Shown one piece after another: positions 9,780 to 18,415 of a DNA stretch of 64,000 bases. The notes under the pieces are model-generated. The model was not told where the DNA came from. It saw nothing but the letters and a program-made list of their open reading frames with translations, and did no database searches. Position 1 is the first letter of the stretch, and the number at the start of each line of letters is the position of its first letter. The stretch is from a bacterium (GTDB lineage: Bacteria; Fidelibacterota; Fidelibacteria; Fidelibacterales; Fidelibacteraceae). The translations under genes and the position numbers were made by a program. Location of the stretch: positions 1,824,001 through 1,888,000 of the forward strand of contig OY781066.1 of NCBI GenBank assembly GCA_963676395.1, in the 5' to 3' direction.

Positions 9780-9910
9780 CTACAACGGCAAATTGTATGA
9801 GTAGTGGCAGATTGCGTGGTAGTTTCCTGTCAAACCGGTACGCCGTTTGAGCGGGCTACAACCCTTGAATTTACTACTGACTCGGCTATTATTTTTATAC
9901 ATTGTTGGCG
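9780..9910 (-). other. attC-like site 3 (131 bp)
   Basis: CTACAAC...GTATGAGTAGTGGC...GCTATTATTTTTATAC..GTTGGCG; close relative of site 5. Confidence 0.85.
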
Positions 9911-9914
9911 GTAG

Positions 9915-11306
9915 TTATTCATATTCAATGTATTCTTTTGCATATTCAATCCAGTCCTCTACAAATTTATCCATATATATATCAGGTTGAATTCCAATAT
10001 TATCTAAAGGATATTCTGGCAAACGCATCATTCGAACCGTGGGCATATATAATTTATAATTTGAACAATCAAATTCAAATTCTCTAACTGAGACATAATC
10101 AATAGCTCCATAGGTTGGAGTACCTAATATTTTAACTTTTTTACTCTGCTTGGCAATTAAAACTAATTTTTCAGTCGAACTCGCACAACGTCCATCAACT
10201 AATATAGCAACTCTTTGTGGAAAACTGAATATTGAGTCTCTTTCTGTGAAACCAAAATTTGATTCTGCATTGTAGGGTATAAACTGTCCTATTTTGCCCT
10301 CCATACGTTTTAAATCACTTTTAACATCTTCAATTTCTTCGGAGTATTTTTCTTTATCTGCGGTATTGCACCAATTTTCAAGTTCGCTAATTAATGTCTG
10401 GGTAACAAGGTATTCTGCACCTAAATGTCTCACGGGATTTGAATAAATATATGGTAGTATTGGACGAAAACAATAATCTGTTCCACCACCATTTCCTCGA
10501 ACATCAATGATAAGATTTTTATGGGAAACAATTAGGGCATGATTTTTTTCGATAAGTTTAGTAACCTTTTTAACATTCGAATAATCAAAGCTTGAAAGTC
10601 TGAGCAATAAAGTTTGTTCGCTTAATTTGTCAAGATAAAACCCTAAAGCTCTTTGAACAATACTATCTGTATTGGTATTATAGCTTTCAGGAAAATCTTT
10701 GATAAAGGTCATTCCTAAATCTAAAAATTTAATCGCAACATTATCAACTATTTGAACAGAATCAAATGATAAAATATGATTCCGATTATAAATAACAGCT
10801 TGTCGGTTAGGATATATTTTGAACTTTACCTCGCCTTCGTTCCAATTGTCATATTCGCAATCGAATATAAGAGCATGGTAAATAGTGTCGATTTTTAGTA
10901 TTCCAACTTTATACTTACCAGATGTCCAAATTCCAGCTAACTTATCTTCGGATATTATTACTTGTTTCTTATAATCAGTAAATTTCATTTTTATCGTCTC
11001 AATAACCTGCAATTCATCATTGTCTACCTGATTTGATGAAATCTGCAAATGACCATCCTTAAAGTATTTAACGTATTCTTGTAGTATTTCAAAACAATCT
11101 CCTTCTTTGGTATTTTCAGCCCTTTTGATAAGATTGTTCTTGAAGTTTTTATACAACACCGAATCTTCTACTTTGTCTATAAATCCAGGATATTCATTTT
11201 CAACTTTGTTACTTAGATTGATAATTGACGTTTTGCACTCACAGTCGGATTGACCATAAATTTGGTGTGCGAAAAATAACAGTATTATAAATATTTTTAT
11301 TTTCAT
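9915..11306 (-). CDS. Cassette gene: secreted S41-family peptidase
   Basis: Signal peptide, FKDGHL, LIIDVRGNGGG, CASSTE, GTPTYG, GIQPD. Stop codon abuts attC-like site 3. Confidence 0.88.
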   Translation of the reverse strand: MKIKIFIILLFFAHQIYGQSDCECKTSIINLSNKVENEYPGFIDKVEDSVLYKNFKNNLIKRAENTKEGDCFEILQEYVKYFKDGHLQISSNQVDNDELQVIETIKMKFTDYKKQVIISEDKLAGIWTSGKYKVGILKIDTIYHALIFDCEYDNWNEGEVKFKIYPNRQAVIYNRNHILSFDSVQIVDNVAIKFLDLGMTFIKDFPESYNTNTDSIVQRALGFYLDKLSEQTLLLRLSSFDYSNVKKVTKLIEKNHALIVSHKNLIIDVRGNGGGTDYCFRPILPYIYSNPVRHLGAEYLVTQTLISELENWCNTADKEKYSEEIEDVKSDLKRMEGKIGQFIPYNAESNFGFTERDSIFSFPQRVAILVDGRCASSTEKLVLIAKQSKKVKILGTPTYGAIDYVSVREFEFDCSNYKLYMPTVRMMRLPEYPLDNIGIQPDIYMDKFVEDWIEYAKEYIEYE

Positions 11307-11352
11307 AAATCAACATGTTTTATTTGTGTAGCTCAGTTCTCTTTTTAATTAC

Positions 11353-11482
11353 TGCCAACGGTAAGTATATGAAAAGTTGCCGATTTCGATGCTCAGATTT
11401 TTCAAGTTACAATGAAGCTGAAATGAGCTACAAAGCTTAATTTTACTAATGTTTCGGCAATTATTTATATATATTGTTGGCG
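11353..11482 (-). other. attC-like site 4 (130 bp)
   Basis: TGCCAAC..GTATATGAAAAGTTGCCGA...TCGGCAATTATTTATATAT..GTTGGCG. Confidence 0.85.
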
Positions 11483-11505
11483 GTAGTTAATTTCATTTTC
11501 ATCAA

Positions 11506-12903
11506 TTAATTGTTTTGATTTATTAAAAAGCTGAGAGCAGTTTCAAGTGCTGTGTCTCTTCCTTTACGAAAATCCTCTATGGTAAGATGTGATTCTATAT
11601 CTGGCTTAATCCCGCTCCCTACAAACTCGCGACCATCTGGGTATGTATCTTTTTTTGAACATATTGACAATACACCACCATAAGGGAGATTCCATCTGAT
11701 TGGATTGCCAGTACTGCCAGCTGTCACTTCTCCAATTAGTGTAATGTGCTCTTGATTGTCGCAGAATACAAGAAAATCTTCGGCTGCAGAGTAGGTTTGA
11801 TGCCCGATAAGAATAACCGTTGGAATTACGAGACGTTCCCGATTGGAATCAAAAGTGAAATTAGTTTCTCCTCCTTTTTCGAAATACTTATGGTTTGCGA
11901 TTTCGTACTGTATTTTATTTTCAACATTTCTAATTGTGTCTTTCGGATTAATATTCTGTCCCCATGACATAAGAGCTGGATTATGTACTCGTGTGTACCA
12001 AGTCGAGCCAACAAGGTCATCTTCTGGGGTCAACCAACTTAGAATTTTCGCTGCATAACTGGAACTTCCACCATGATTGTTGCGAATATCTATTATCAAC
12101 CGTTTCGCACGTTTTTTAAGATCGGGGAAAATAGCCTCGAAGTCATCAACAGTCTGTTTATTGTTAAATGAATTGATAACAACATAGGCAATATCATTAC
12201 GATACCATTTAAGCTCTACAAATTTCCACTCTTTATCGGCTGGAACCAAAGGATCATTCTTAATTTCGGGCAGAACATCGTGAACCGCATGTGTTCTAAC
12301 CTCCTTTCCGTTGGGCGTAAGAAAAGCAATATCATAAGGGTCATATCTCAACGAAGTAAAAATTCTACTTATTGCCTCATCAAGCAAATGATGTTTAGTT
12401 GATGAACTTATGAAAGGCTCTACCTTTTCTTCAATATACTCAGCAGTCGGTATACCGTTTACTTCCACAATTTCACTACCGACAGGAATCCAATCGCTTT
12501 GTTTGCTGCTTATTTGGGATACTATAGCTCGTCCCTCAACAGGTTTAACAATAATCTGAAACTTGTCGAAAAAGGTTGTAACGGATGGATTGTATTTGTA
12601 ATAGACATATGAGTGCCCATCTTTTAACATTGCACAGTAACGGCTTAATATGCGATAGCATTCGTTATCACTTTTTGATTCCATAACTGGTTTTATCAAT
12701 GCAAGATATGTGCTATCCCATGCTTGCTCACCTATATTGTTAAAAAAAGCCTCATTATACTTAGCCTCTGACCATACTTTCGATAGTGCATACAATTTAT
12801 CTTCGGGTGTCATATAGGTGTTGATGCCATGAGTGATACGCTGTTGTGCGTTAGACGCCATTATTGACACGAAAATGAATACAGTAAATAGTAATATCTT
12901 CAT
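11506..12903 (-). CDS. Cassette gene: secreted S41-family peptidase with PDZ-like domain
   Basis: Signal peptide, LKDGHS, GSEIVEVNG, LIIDIRNNHGG, TYSAAEDF, GIKPD. Confidence 0.9.
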   Translation of the reverse strand: MKILLFTVFIFVSIMASNAQQRITHGINTYMTPEDKLYALSKVWSEAKYNEAFFNNIGEQAWDSTYLALIKPVMESKSDNECYRILSRYCAMLKDGHSYVYYKYNPSVTTFFDKFQIIVKPVEGRAIVSQISSKQSDWIPVGSEIVEVNGIPTAEYIEEKVEPFISSSTKHHLLDEAISRIFTSLRYDPYDIAFLTPNGKEVRTHAVHDVLPEIKNDPLVPADKEWKFVELKWYRNDIAYVVINSFNNKQTVDDFEAIFPDLKKRAKRLIIDIRNNHGGSSSYAAKILSWLTPEDDLVGSTWYTRVHNPALMSWGQNINPKDTIRNVENKIQYEIANHKYFEKGGETNFTFDSNRERLVIPTVILIGHQTYSAAEDFLVFCDNQEHITLIGEVTAGSTGNPIRWNLPYGGVLSICSKKDTYPDGREFVGSGIKPDIESHLTIEDFRKGRDTALETALSFLINQNN

Positions 12904-12973
12904 TATAATATATCCTATAAGTTACAAGTCTATTATTAATTGAAATATCATAAGTTTTGCGATTCTTAATTAC

Positions 12974-13103
12974 CGCCAACGACAAGTATATGCAAAGTAG
13001 GCAATTGCGGGCTTTAAACTTATCAAACCGTTACGATTTTGAAGCGGGCTACAACCCTTGAATTTACGACTGAATCGGCTATTATTTTTATACATTGTTA
13101 GGC
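12974..13103 (-). other. attC-like site 5 (130 bp)
   Basis: CGCCAAC...GTTAGGC; shares GCGGGCTACAACCCTTGAATTTAC...TCGGCTATTATTTTTATACATTGTT with site 3. Confidence 0.85.
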
Positions 13104-13114
13104 ACTGGCATTAA

Positions 13115-14428
13115 TTATAAATCCTTTGAATTCCATCCTAATTTATCAATTTGGTCAGAATAGTTCTCAAGTAAAAATTCCTGAACTTCATATTGATAAT
13201 CAAAATCAGATTGAGACTTTAACCATTCTAATGGCATTTCACCATTTAAAGCTTTAACAATTTCTTCCTCTAAATATTCAACAAGGTCATCAAGTGAATC
13301 GATACAAAAAGGCGTATCATGAGTTTCATCCGTCCCATCTAAAGTACCTTCTTCAAAGTTCCATTCTAAATTACTTATCGCTCCTTCTAATGCTTCTTGT
13401 GGAATATCTCTAATTGGGTCATAATAATCTTCTGCAATTTGATTAACAAATACTTCTAATTGTTCAAATAACTGTTCGTTTCTCAATTCCTCAATATCTA
13501 AAGCGTTCCTCAATTTAATTTTAAATGGTTCTGAGATGAAAAGAAATATAGTCCTGATAAAAACCGATGAGTTTTGTAATTGTTTTTCAATGTTTTGAAT
13601 AACAACATTCATTTCATTAGTTGATTGGTCATCATCTAGAATTACTATTACAGCTTTTGTATTCTTATGGTCTCCATAAATATTTAATAATGAAGGTAAT
13701 TGTCTAATATTATTTGCCCCATTTAAAGTTTCAATTCTATATGATAAAGAATATCTGTGTTTTATAGGCTCAATAAAGTTTTTAATTATTGGTATATCAG
13801 TTCTTCCTTCCACAAAAACTAATAAGTCATCAATCTTAACAGTCTTTTTAGATTCAATTCTAGAAAATTCATCGAACTTTAAAATTTCTGTTGGTTCTAA
13901 GTGTGATATTTTCTCTGCTTTTTCTTTTAAATCATATGGAGCTAACAAACTCCCAGTATCTCCAGCTTGTCGGAGCTTGAACTTTAATACATCTAAGAAC
14001 GATATTTCCCCGTTGAAAATTAGTTCAATATCATTTCTGTCGAATAACAATATGTTTAGTGATTTTCCAAATTTCAAGGCATCTTCAACATCTTCACTAT
14101 ATCCATTAACTGAAAGAAAAACACCACTGGTTGTATGAAATTTTCCGTCGAGTTTACCTTTAAATGAATAAATACTAGATGCTGGAAGTGTTTTTGCTAC
14201 CCATTTAGCTTCCAGTAAAAATGTTTGTCCACTCCAAAAAAACGACCCATCTATTTGTTCCCCTTCAGGTTTGTAGCCAGACCTTGGTTCCAAATTTTCA
14301 TTTTGTAATACTGAGTAAATAATTTTCTCAAATTCAAATCCTCTTTCTTGTGGGGTGTATCTCTTGCCCTCCAAAAGTTCTTTGAATTTATTTTTAATCT
14401 TAGTTTTGTTTAAAATCTCTTTTGACAT
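13115..14428 (-). CDS. Cassette gene: Mrr-like PD-(D/E)XK nuclease fused to a TOPRIM-like domain
   Basis: RGFEFE, EQIDG, LLEAKW, GVFLSVNGYS, then VFVEGRTD...ILDDD and an acidic tail. Confidence 0.7.
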   Translation of the reverse strand: MSKEILNKTKIKNKFKELLEGKRYTPQERGFEFEKIIYSVLQNENLEPRSGYKPEGEQIDGSFFWSGQTFLLEAKWVAKTLPASSIYSFKGKLDGKFHTTSGVFLSVNGYSEDVEDALKFGKSLNILLFDRNDIELIFNGEISFLDVLKFKLRQAGDTGSLLAPYDLKEKAEKISHLEPTEILKFDEFSRIESKKTVKIDDLLVFVEGRTDIPIIKNFIEPIKHRYSLSYRIETLNGANNIRQLPSLLNIYGDHKNTKAVIVILDDDQSTNEMNVVIQNIEKQLQNSSVFIRTIFLFISEPFKIKLRNALDIEELRNEQLFEQLEVFVNQIAEDYYDPIRDIPQEALEGAISNLEWNFEEGTLDGTDETHDTPFCIDSLDDLVEYLEEEIVKALNGEMPLEWLKSQSDFDYQYEVQEFLLENYSDQIDKLGWNSKDL

Positions 14429-14470
14429 TCAATATCTACTTAAGTCGTTTCAAGGTTGCTTCTATTTTTT

Positions 14471-14654
14471 GCTTGTGAAACGTAAGGGATTTGAAAAACT
14501 TTCCTATCAAGTTTGCACGTAGCCAAATTTACGTTTTGACACAAATTTAAAACTTTTAACAAACCCGTCAAATCGCAGATTTGGCGGACTTGATTAAATG
14601 TACAAATGTTCCGTAAACCACTGTCGCCCTTATGTTTTATATACTTTGTTAGCA
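14471..14654 (-). other. attC-like site 6, one arm deleted
   Basis: Right arm CCCTTATGTTTTATATACTTTGTTAGCA is intact. Left arm reads only GCTTGTG-AAACGTAAGGG and lacks the expected CCTAAC..GTATATA part. Confidence 0.7.
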
Positions 14655-14664
14655 AGCGTATTTC

Positions 14665-15492
14665 CTATTTTTGATAATATTTATAATCCTTATTCACTAA
14701 TATATAATCACTTATCGGATTGTTTCTCAAATTGCCATTGTTTCTCATAAATCGTGCAAAATTCATAATTGAATGATATTCGATTTCTCGCAATTCCGAA
14801 TGATATTTTGGATGAACTATTTCGTATCTAAATTTATTCCACTTTGGAATTTCATGTCGTCCAATTTTCACTCTATCTCCGAGGCGTTTTGCACTTCCGA
14901 TATATAATTCTCTATTCTTTTCGTCAATCAAGTAGTAAATAACAAACTCTCTATCTTCATGCTTAATAAGGTCAACCGAATCAATCCATGTTGTTGATTT
15001 TGTAATCATTTGATTGTTGTCAACCTTGCTTATCCAACCAAAAACATTTTTATCCACCAAGTCTCTGAAAATATTGTCGTAAGGTGTTTCAATTTTTATA
15101 AAAGTTTCTAATTCAATCAATGTGCCTGAAATTGGTTTAAAAATCAATACTTCTTGATTTCCCCCAAGTAAATTAGTCCTAAAATATTCTCCTTTCAATT
15201 TACTGTCATAGTTTTGACTCTCGATGGCAAAATAAGTTTGTATAAATTCCTTTTTCAGTTCGTTTAGTAAATCAATATTATTATCCCAACGAATCTGATA
15301 TATTGATTTTCCACTTTGATTTTTTCCATGAATCATTCGGGCAGAGTAAGTCATTTTCTTAAAAATCACATCAATCTCAATAGATGAACCTTGCTCAATT
15401 GTTCCACTCTGAAGAAACATTGAAATGTACTCTTTCGGAATCGCAATCCCGTATTTAAAAACTGATTTATCTATCTTTTTGTAATATGCCAT
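14665..15492 (-). CDS. Cassette gene: unknown N-terminal domain plus C-terminal GIY-YIG nuclease
   Basis: FVIYYL...ELYIGSAKRLGDRV...REIE...LVN matches the GIY-YIG/Arg/Glu/Asn pattern. Confidence 0.7.
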   Translation of the reverse strand: MAYYKKIDKSVFKYGIAIPKEYISMFLQSGTIEQGSSIEIDVIFKKMTYSARMIHGKNQSGKSIYQIRWDNNIDLLNELKKEFIQTYFAIESQNYDSKLKGEYFRTNLLGGNQEVLIFKPISGTLIELETFIKIETPYDNIFRDLVDKNVFGWISKVDNNQMITKSTTWIDSVDLIKHEDREFVIYYLIDEKNRELYIGSAKRLGDRVKIGRHEIPKWNKFRYEIVHPKYHSELREIEYHSIMNFARFMRNNGNLRNNPISDYILVNKDYKYYQK

Positions 15493-15522
15493 TTTATTAT
15501 CTGCTCTGTCTTTTTATATGCT

Positions 15523-15643
15523 TGCTAACGGTTGGTACATGTTGTCGGGGTGGATTTCGGAACGAAGGACACGGAACTGCGAAACGAGAATCCGCAGTTG
15601 GCGTACCACCGAACCCCGCCCTGCAATATGTACTGTGTTAGCC
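15523..15643 (-). other. attC-like site 7 (121 bp)
   Basis: TGCTAAC..GTACATGTTGTCGGGGTGG...CCCCGCCCTGCAATATGTAC..GTTAGCC. Confidence 0.85.
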
Positions 15644-15651
15644 ATAGTTTT

Positions 15652-16740
15652 TTATTTTATATTTTCTGCTGATTCCCAAATTGCAATGAAATTTTCGAGC
15701 ATTGTTTTTCCTTGGCTTGTATAAATGTTTGTTATTGTAAATGATGATTTTGTGAGTCTAACAGTTCTTCCTTGACAATCAAATCGAATTGGCGTAAATA
15801 ACACGGCATCATCAATAATAATTATTTCAAAAGTTCTTTGTGTCATATACTTTTTTAGGTGCAAGTTCGGCTCGATACTATTTCTCTCTAGAGTTGTAAT
15901 TGCATTATTCAAACAATTATTTAATTGATTGATAAAATCTTCATCTTGGTGAGCACAATCCAGGATAAACTTTGGCGAGTCAGGATTTAGAAACAAACAT
16001 TTAAAATCAAATCCATTACTAATTTTCTCTTTTAAGGATTCATAAAACCACCAGTGGTCTTTGTCAAAAACTTTTCTATTTTTTCTTCCAAAGATGTATA
16101 ATCTTTCTGAGGCATTATTGAATACTGCTTCATAAACTGCATGACTTTCAAAACCTTCTTTAAAATTTACTGTTCGACCTATCTCTGGTTTAGGTAATCC
16201 TCCTTTTTGTAATATGTCTATGAACTTTGGAAGAACTTTTGAAGTATTTGTTAGTCGTATACATTTAAAATTTTTATCAAGTGTGGTTTTGAAATTATCC
16301 CATTTTTCTTCAAACTCTTCAATTAATAATTCCTTCTCTTTTTTATATTCGTCAAGTAACTCATTTAGCGAAAGGATTAAATTAAGCATATCCTCCTTCT
16401 CAAGTGAAGTTGCTTGGAATTGAGCAAGTGGTCCTGTTAAGTCTCTTTTTTCCATGCCTATTAAGATTGGACATACTCGTGATTCTTCCATTACCTTTGA
16501 AATAGCCCCCGATTCAAATAGTAACCATTGTGAATCTTGATTTTCTGGAGTTATACAGATTACTCCAATCATATCATTTGATAATCTATTACCAATTTCT
16601 TGGCTCCAGCGTTGCCCTTTTTGTATCTCAATTGATGACATCCATGGTTTTAGTGGATGCAAGAGTCTTTTTGTAAAATCGTAGAATGATTCTGCAAATA
16701 TTTTACTCCTTTCTCCTGACCAGCTAATGAATATTTCCAT
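15652..16740 (-). CDS. First array gene: TIR-domain protein with C-terminal PLD-like-fold (DUF5919-like) domain
   Basis: IFISWSG, W.S..I.KG.RW, WLLFESGA (catalytic Glu). C-terminus has A.ERLYIFG, FKCLFLNPDS, IIIIDD. Confidence 0.75.
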   Translation of the reverse strand: MEIFISWSGERSKIFAESFYDFTKRLLHPLKPWMSSIEIQKGQRWSQEIGNRLSNDMIGVICITPENQDSQWLLFESGAISKVMEESRVCPILIGMEKRDLTGPLAQFQATSLEKEDMLNLILSLNELLDEYKKEKELLIEEFEEKWDNFKTTLDKNFKCIRLTNTSKVLPKFIDILQKGGLPKPEIGRTVNFKEGFESHAVYEAVFNNASERLYIFGRKNRKVFDKDHWWFYESLKEKISNGFDFKCLFLNPDSPKFILDCAHQDEDFINQLNNCLNNAITTLERNSIEPNLHLKKYMTQRTFEIIIIDDAVLFTPIRFDCQGRTVRLTKSSFTITNIYTSQGKTMLENFIAIWESAENIK

Positions 16741-16852
16741 ATGTTTAGTTTTTTCGCTTTTATGTTTTAAATGTTTTTCCCGGAAATTTGGTAATCGTTT
16801 TACTTGCTATCTAAATGAATATTGTCACAATCATATTTATCTAAGTTGCATA

Positions 16853-16881
16853 AAATTAAGGTAGGATAATCGCAATTCCAA
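16853..16881 (-). promoter_or_regulatory. Candidate array promoter (Pc-like)
   Basis: Minus strand TTGGAA-N17-TAATTT about 110 bp upstream of the TIR gene; resembles putative host promoters at gpmI, radA and thrS. Confidence 0.45.
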
Positions 16882-17242
16882 ATGATATTCTTTTTCAAGC
16901 GTAAGACGTGAGACGCCTGCCGGTAGTAGCCTTCTTGACCACCGTAGCCTAGGCGGGGGCGGGTTAGTAGTGAACCGTTAAAAAGAAGTTGATTTCAGAA
17001 TCGCCCGTATTATTTGAGTAAATTTTTAATGATATACAAAACATGGATCGTGATGGAGGCGAAAAAGGCGCTACCATCGTCACGATTACAACGGACAGGT
17101 TTATAGATAATGGCTCTTTTCAATAGCCGCGGGTAATGTCATCCTGAGCGAATAACCCAAGGCCAAAAGATCTCAAAATCTCTCGAAAAGGTTTTTTTGA
17201 CTGAATGCCTACGACTAAATTGGGTAGATTAATTCAGTATAA

Positions 17243-17283
17243 TAAAAGAACCCCATAATGGATGCATTTCCACTATGGGGCTC
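17243..17283 (-). terminator. Intrinsic terminator of the DUF898 gene
   Basis: CCCCATAATGGA/TCCACTATGGGG hairpin preceded by an A run on the + strand. Confidence 0.6.
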
Positions 17284-17301
17284 ATTTTATTTTAAGCCAG
17301 C

Positions 17302-18228
17302 TTACTTCGACTCTAAATATGTTTTACTTAATATTCTTTTTCCAATTTTGCAAGCAGCCCAGGGATAATAGATTCCCAGGGTAATGATTGATAAAAGGGA
17401 TTGTCCCCAAATAAAAAGAAAATCTTTCGATTGCTCTATATCATATCCAAGTCTCATTTTTGCTTCATTATTTTCTACGCATGTTTTTTGAGTAAAATAT
17501 TTATATAACCTAAGTATGGCTAGAGGGTAATATATTCCAAGTGTAATGACTGTGAGTAGTAATTCAATGGCAATTTTTCCACAAGATTCCCAAAATTTTG
17601 TATCCCAAGAAATTTGGTATTCTTTGTATTTTATATCTACCATCCATTTATATGCAAAGTATGCATAAGGTATTGCAATGATGAATATGATGATTTGAAA
17701 TATAAAATTTAATCCGACACTTCCGCTGTTGTTGATCAAAAACTGACTCATAACTATCGTTAATACAACAATAGGAATAATAATAGCTAATAACATGATC
17801 AGGAATAACTTCCCACCTTTACCTTGAAACTGAAGATTGTTTGATTTGTAAGAAGTATTATCTACAAAAAATTTATATATATTTCTAACATACCACGCTC
17901 CGTAAATTCCCAACGTAATAATAGTAAGAAAAAGCCCTAATAATACAGTGCCCATGTATTTCCCGAATTTCCCATTGAATTCTACACTTTCATTATTATA
18001 GCTTATGTTCTCAATGCTTAATTTTGTGATGTAAAAAGTGATAAAAAATGTAATGATCATTACTAAAAATAACAAGGGTAACAATATCAGCGAAGAAGCA
18101 TCATCAGCCTGAATATTTTGCATTTTAAGAATGATAATTGAATAAGGAATAATAAATAATACTAAAAAAGCTATCCATATTGGGAAAAGCTTTTTGCCGG
18201 TTAATTTGAAATCAAAATAATTTTTCAT
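17302..18228 (-). CDS. DUF898/YjgN-family membrane protein
   Basis: Three repeats of LTIITLGIY.PW-like motif with F.F.GK.G segments. Confidence 0.8.
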   Translation of the reverse strand: MKNYFDFKLTGKKLFPIWIAFLVLFIIPYSIIILKMQNIQADDASSLILLPLLFLVMIITFFITFYITKLSIENISYNNESVEFNGKFGKYMGTVLLGLFLTIITLGIYGAWYVRNIYKFFVDNTSYKSNNLQFQGKGGKLFLIMLLAIIIPIVVLTIVMSQFLINNSGSVGLNFIFQIIIFIIAIPYAYFAYKWMVDIKYKEYQISWDTKFWESCGKIAIELLLTVITLGIYYPLAILRLYKYFTQKTCVENNEAKMRLGYDIEQSKDFLFIWGQSLLSIITLGIYYPWAACKIGKRILSKTYLESK

Positions 18229-18415
18229 AATTCTCCTATTAGATTTTGCTGTTTAATTTCATGTGTATTCATGATGTCATCTCATTTATTTTAGAAATCG
18301 ATTAAGTCGTATTTATTTAATTGTGTAAAAATAAGATAAGTCAGGTAAAATTCCAAAGGCTTTTCTTTTTTGTGAGACATGGAATGTTGCAATTTGTCAC
18401 TATCGCTTTTCAAGC

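Larger units (their letters stand above)
7765..16881 (-). mobile_element. Integron-like gene cassette array without integrase in the window (CALIN-like): 7 genes, 7 attC-like sites
   Basis: AT-rich co-oriented unrelated ORFs, each followed by an AAC...GTT-bounded imperfect palindrome. The two ends of individual cassettes are complementary. Confidence 0.85.

Noticed and set aside
14440..15724. ORFs 14440..14655 and 15518..15724 (also 9902..10087)
   Set aside because: They overlie attC-like sites or lie antisense to cassette genes and have no protein-like features.
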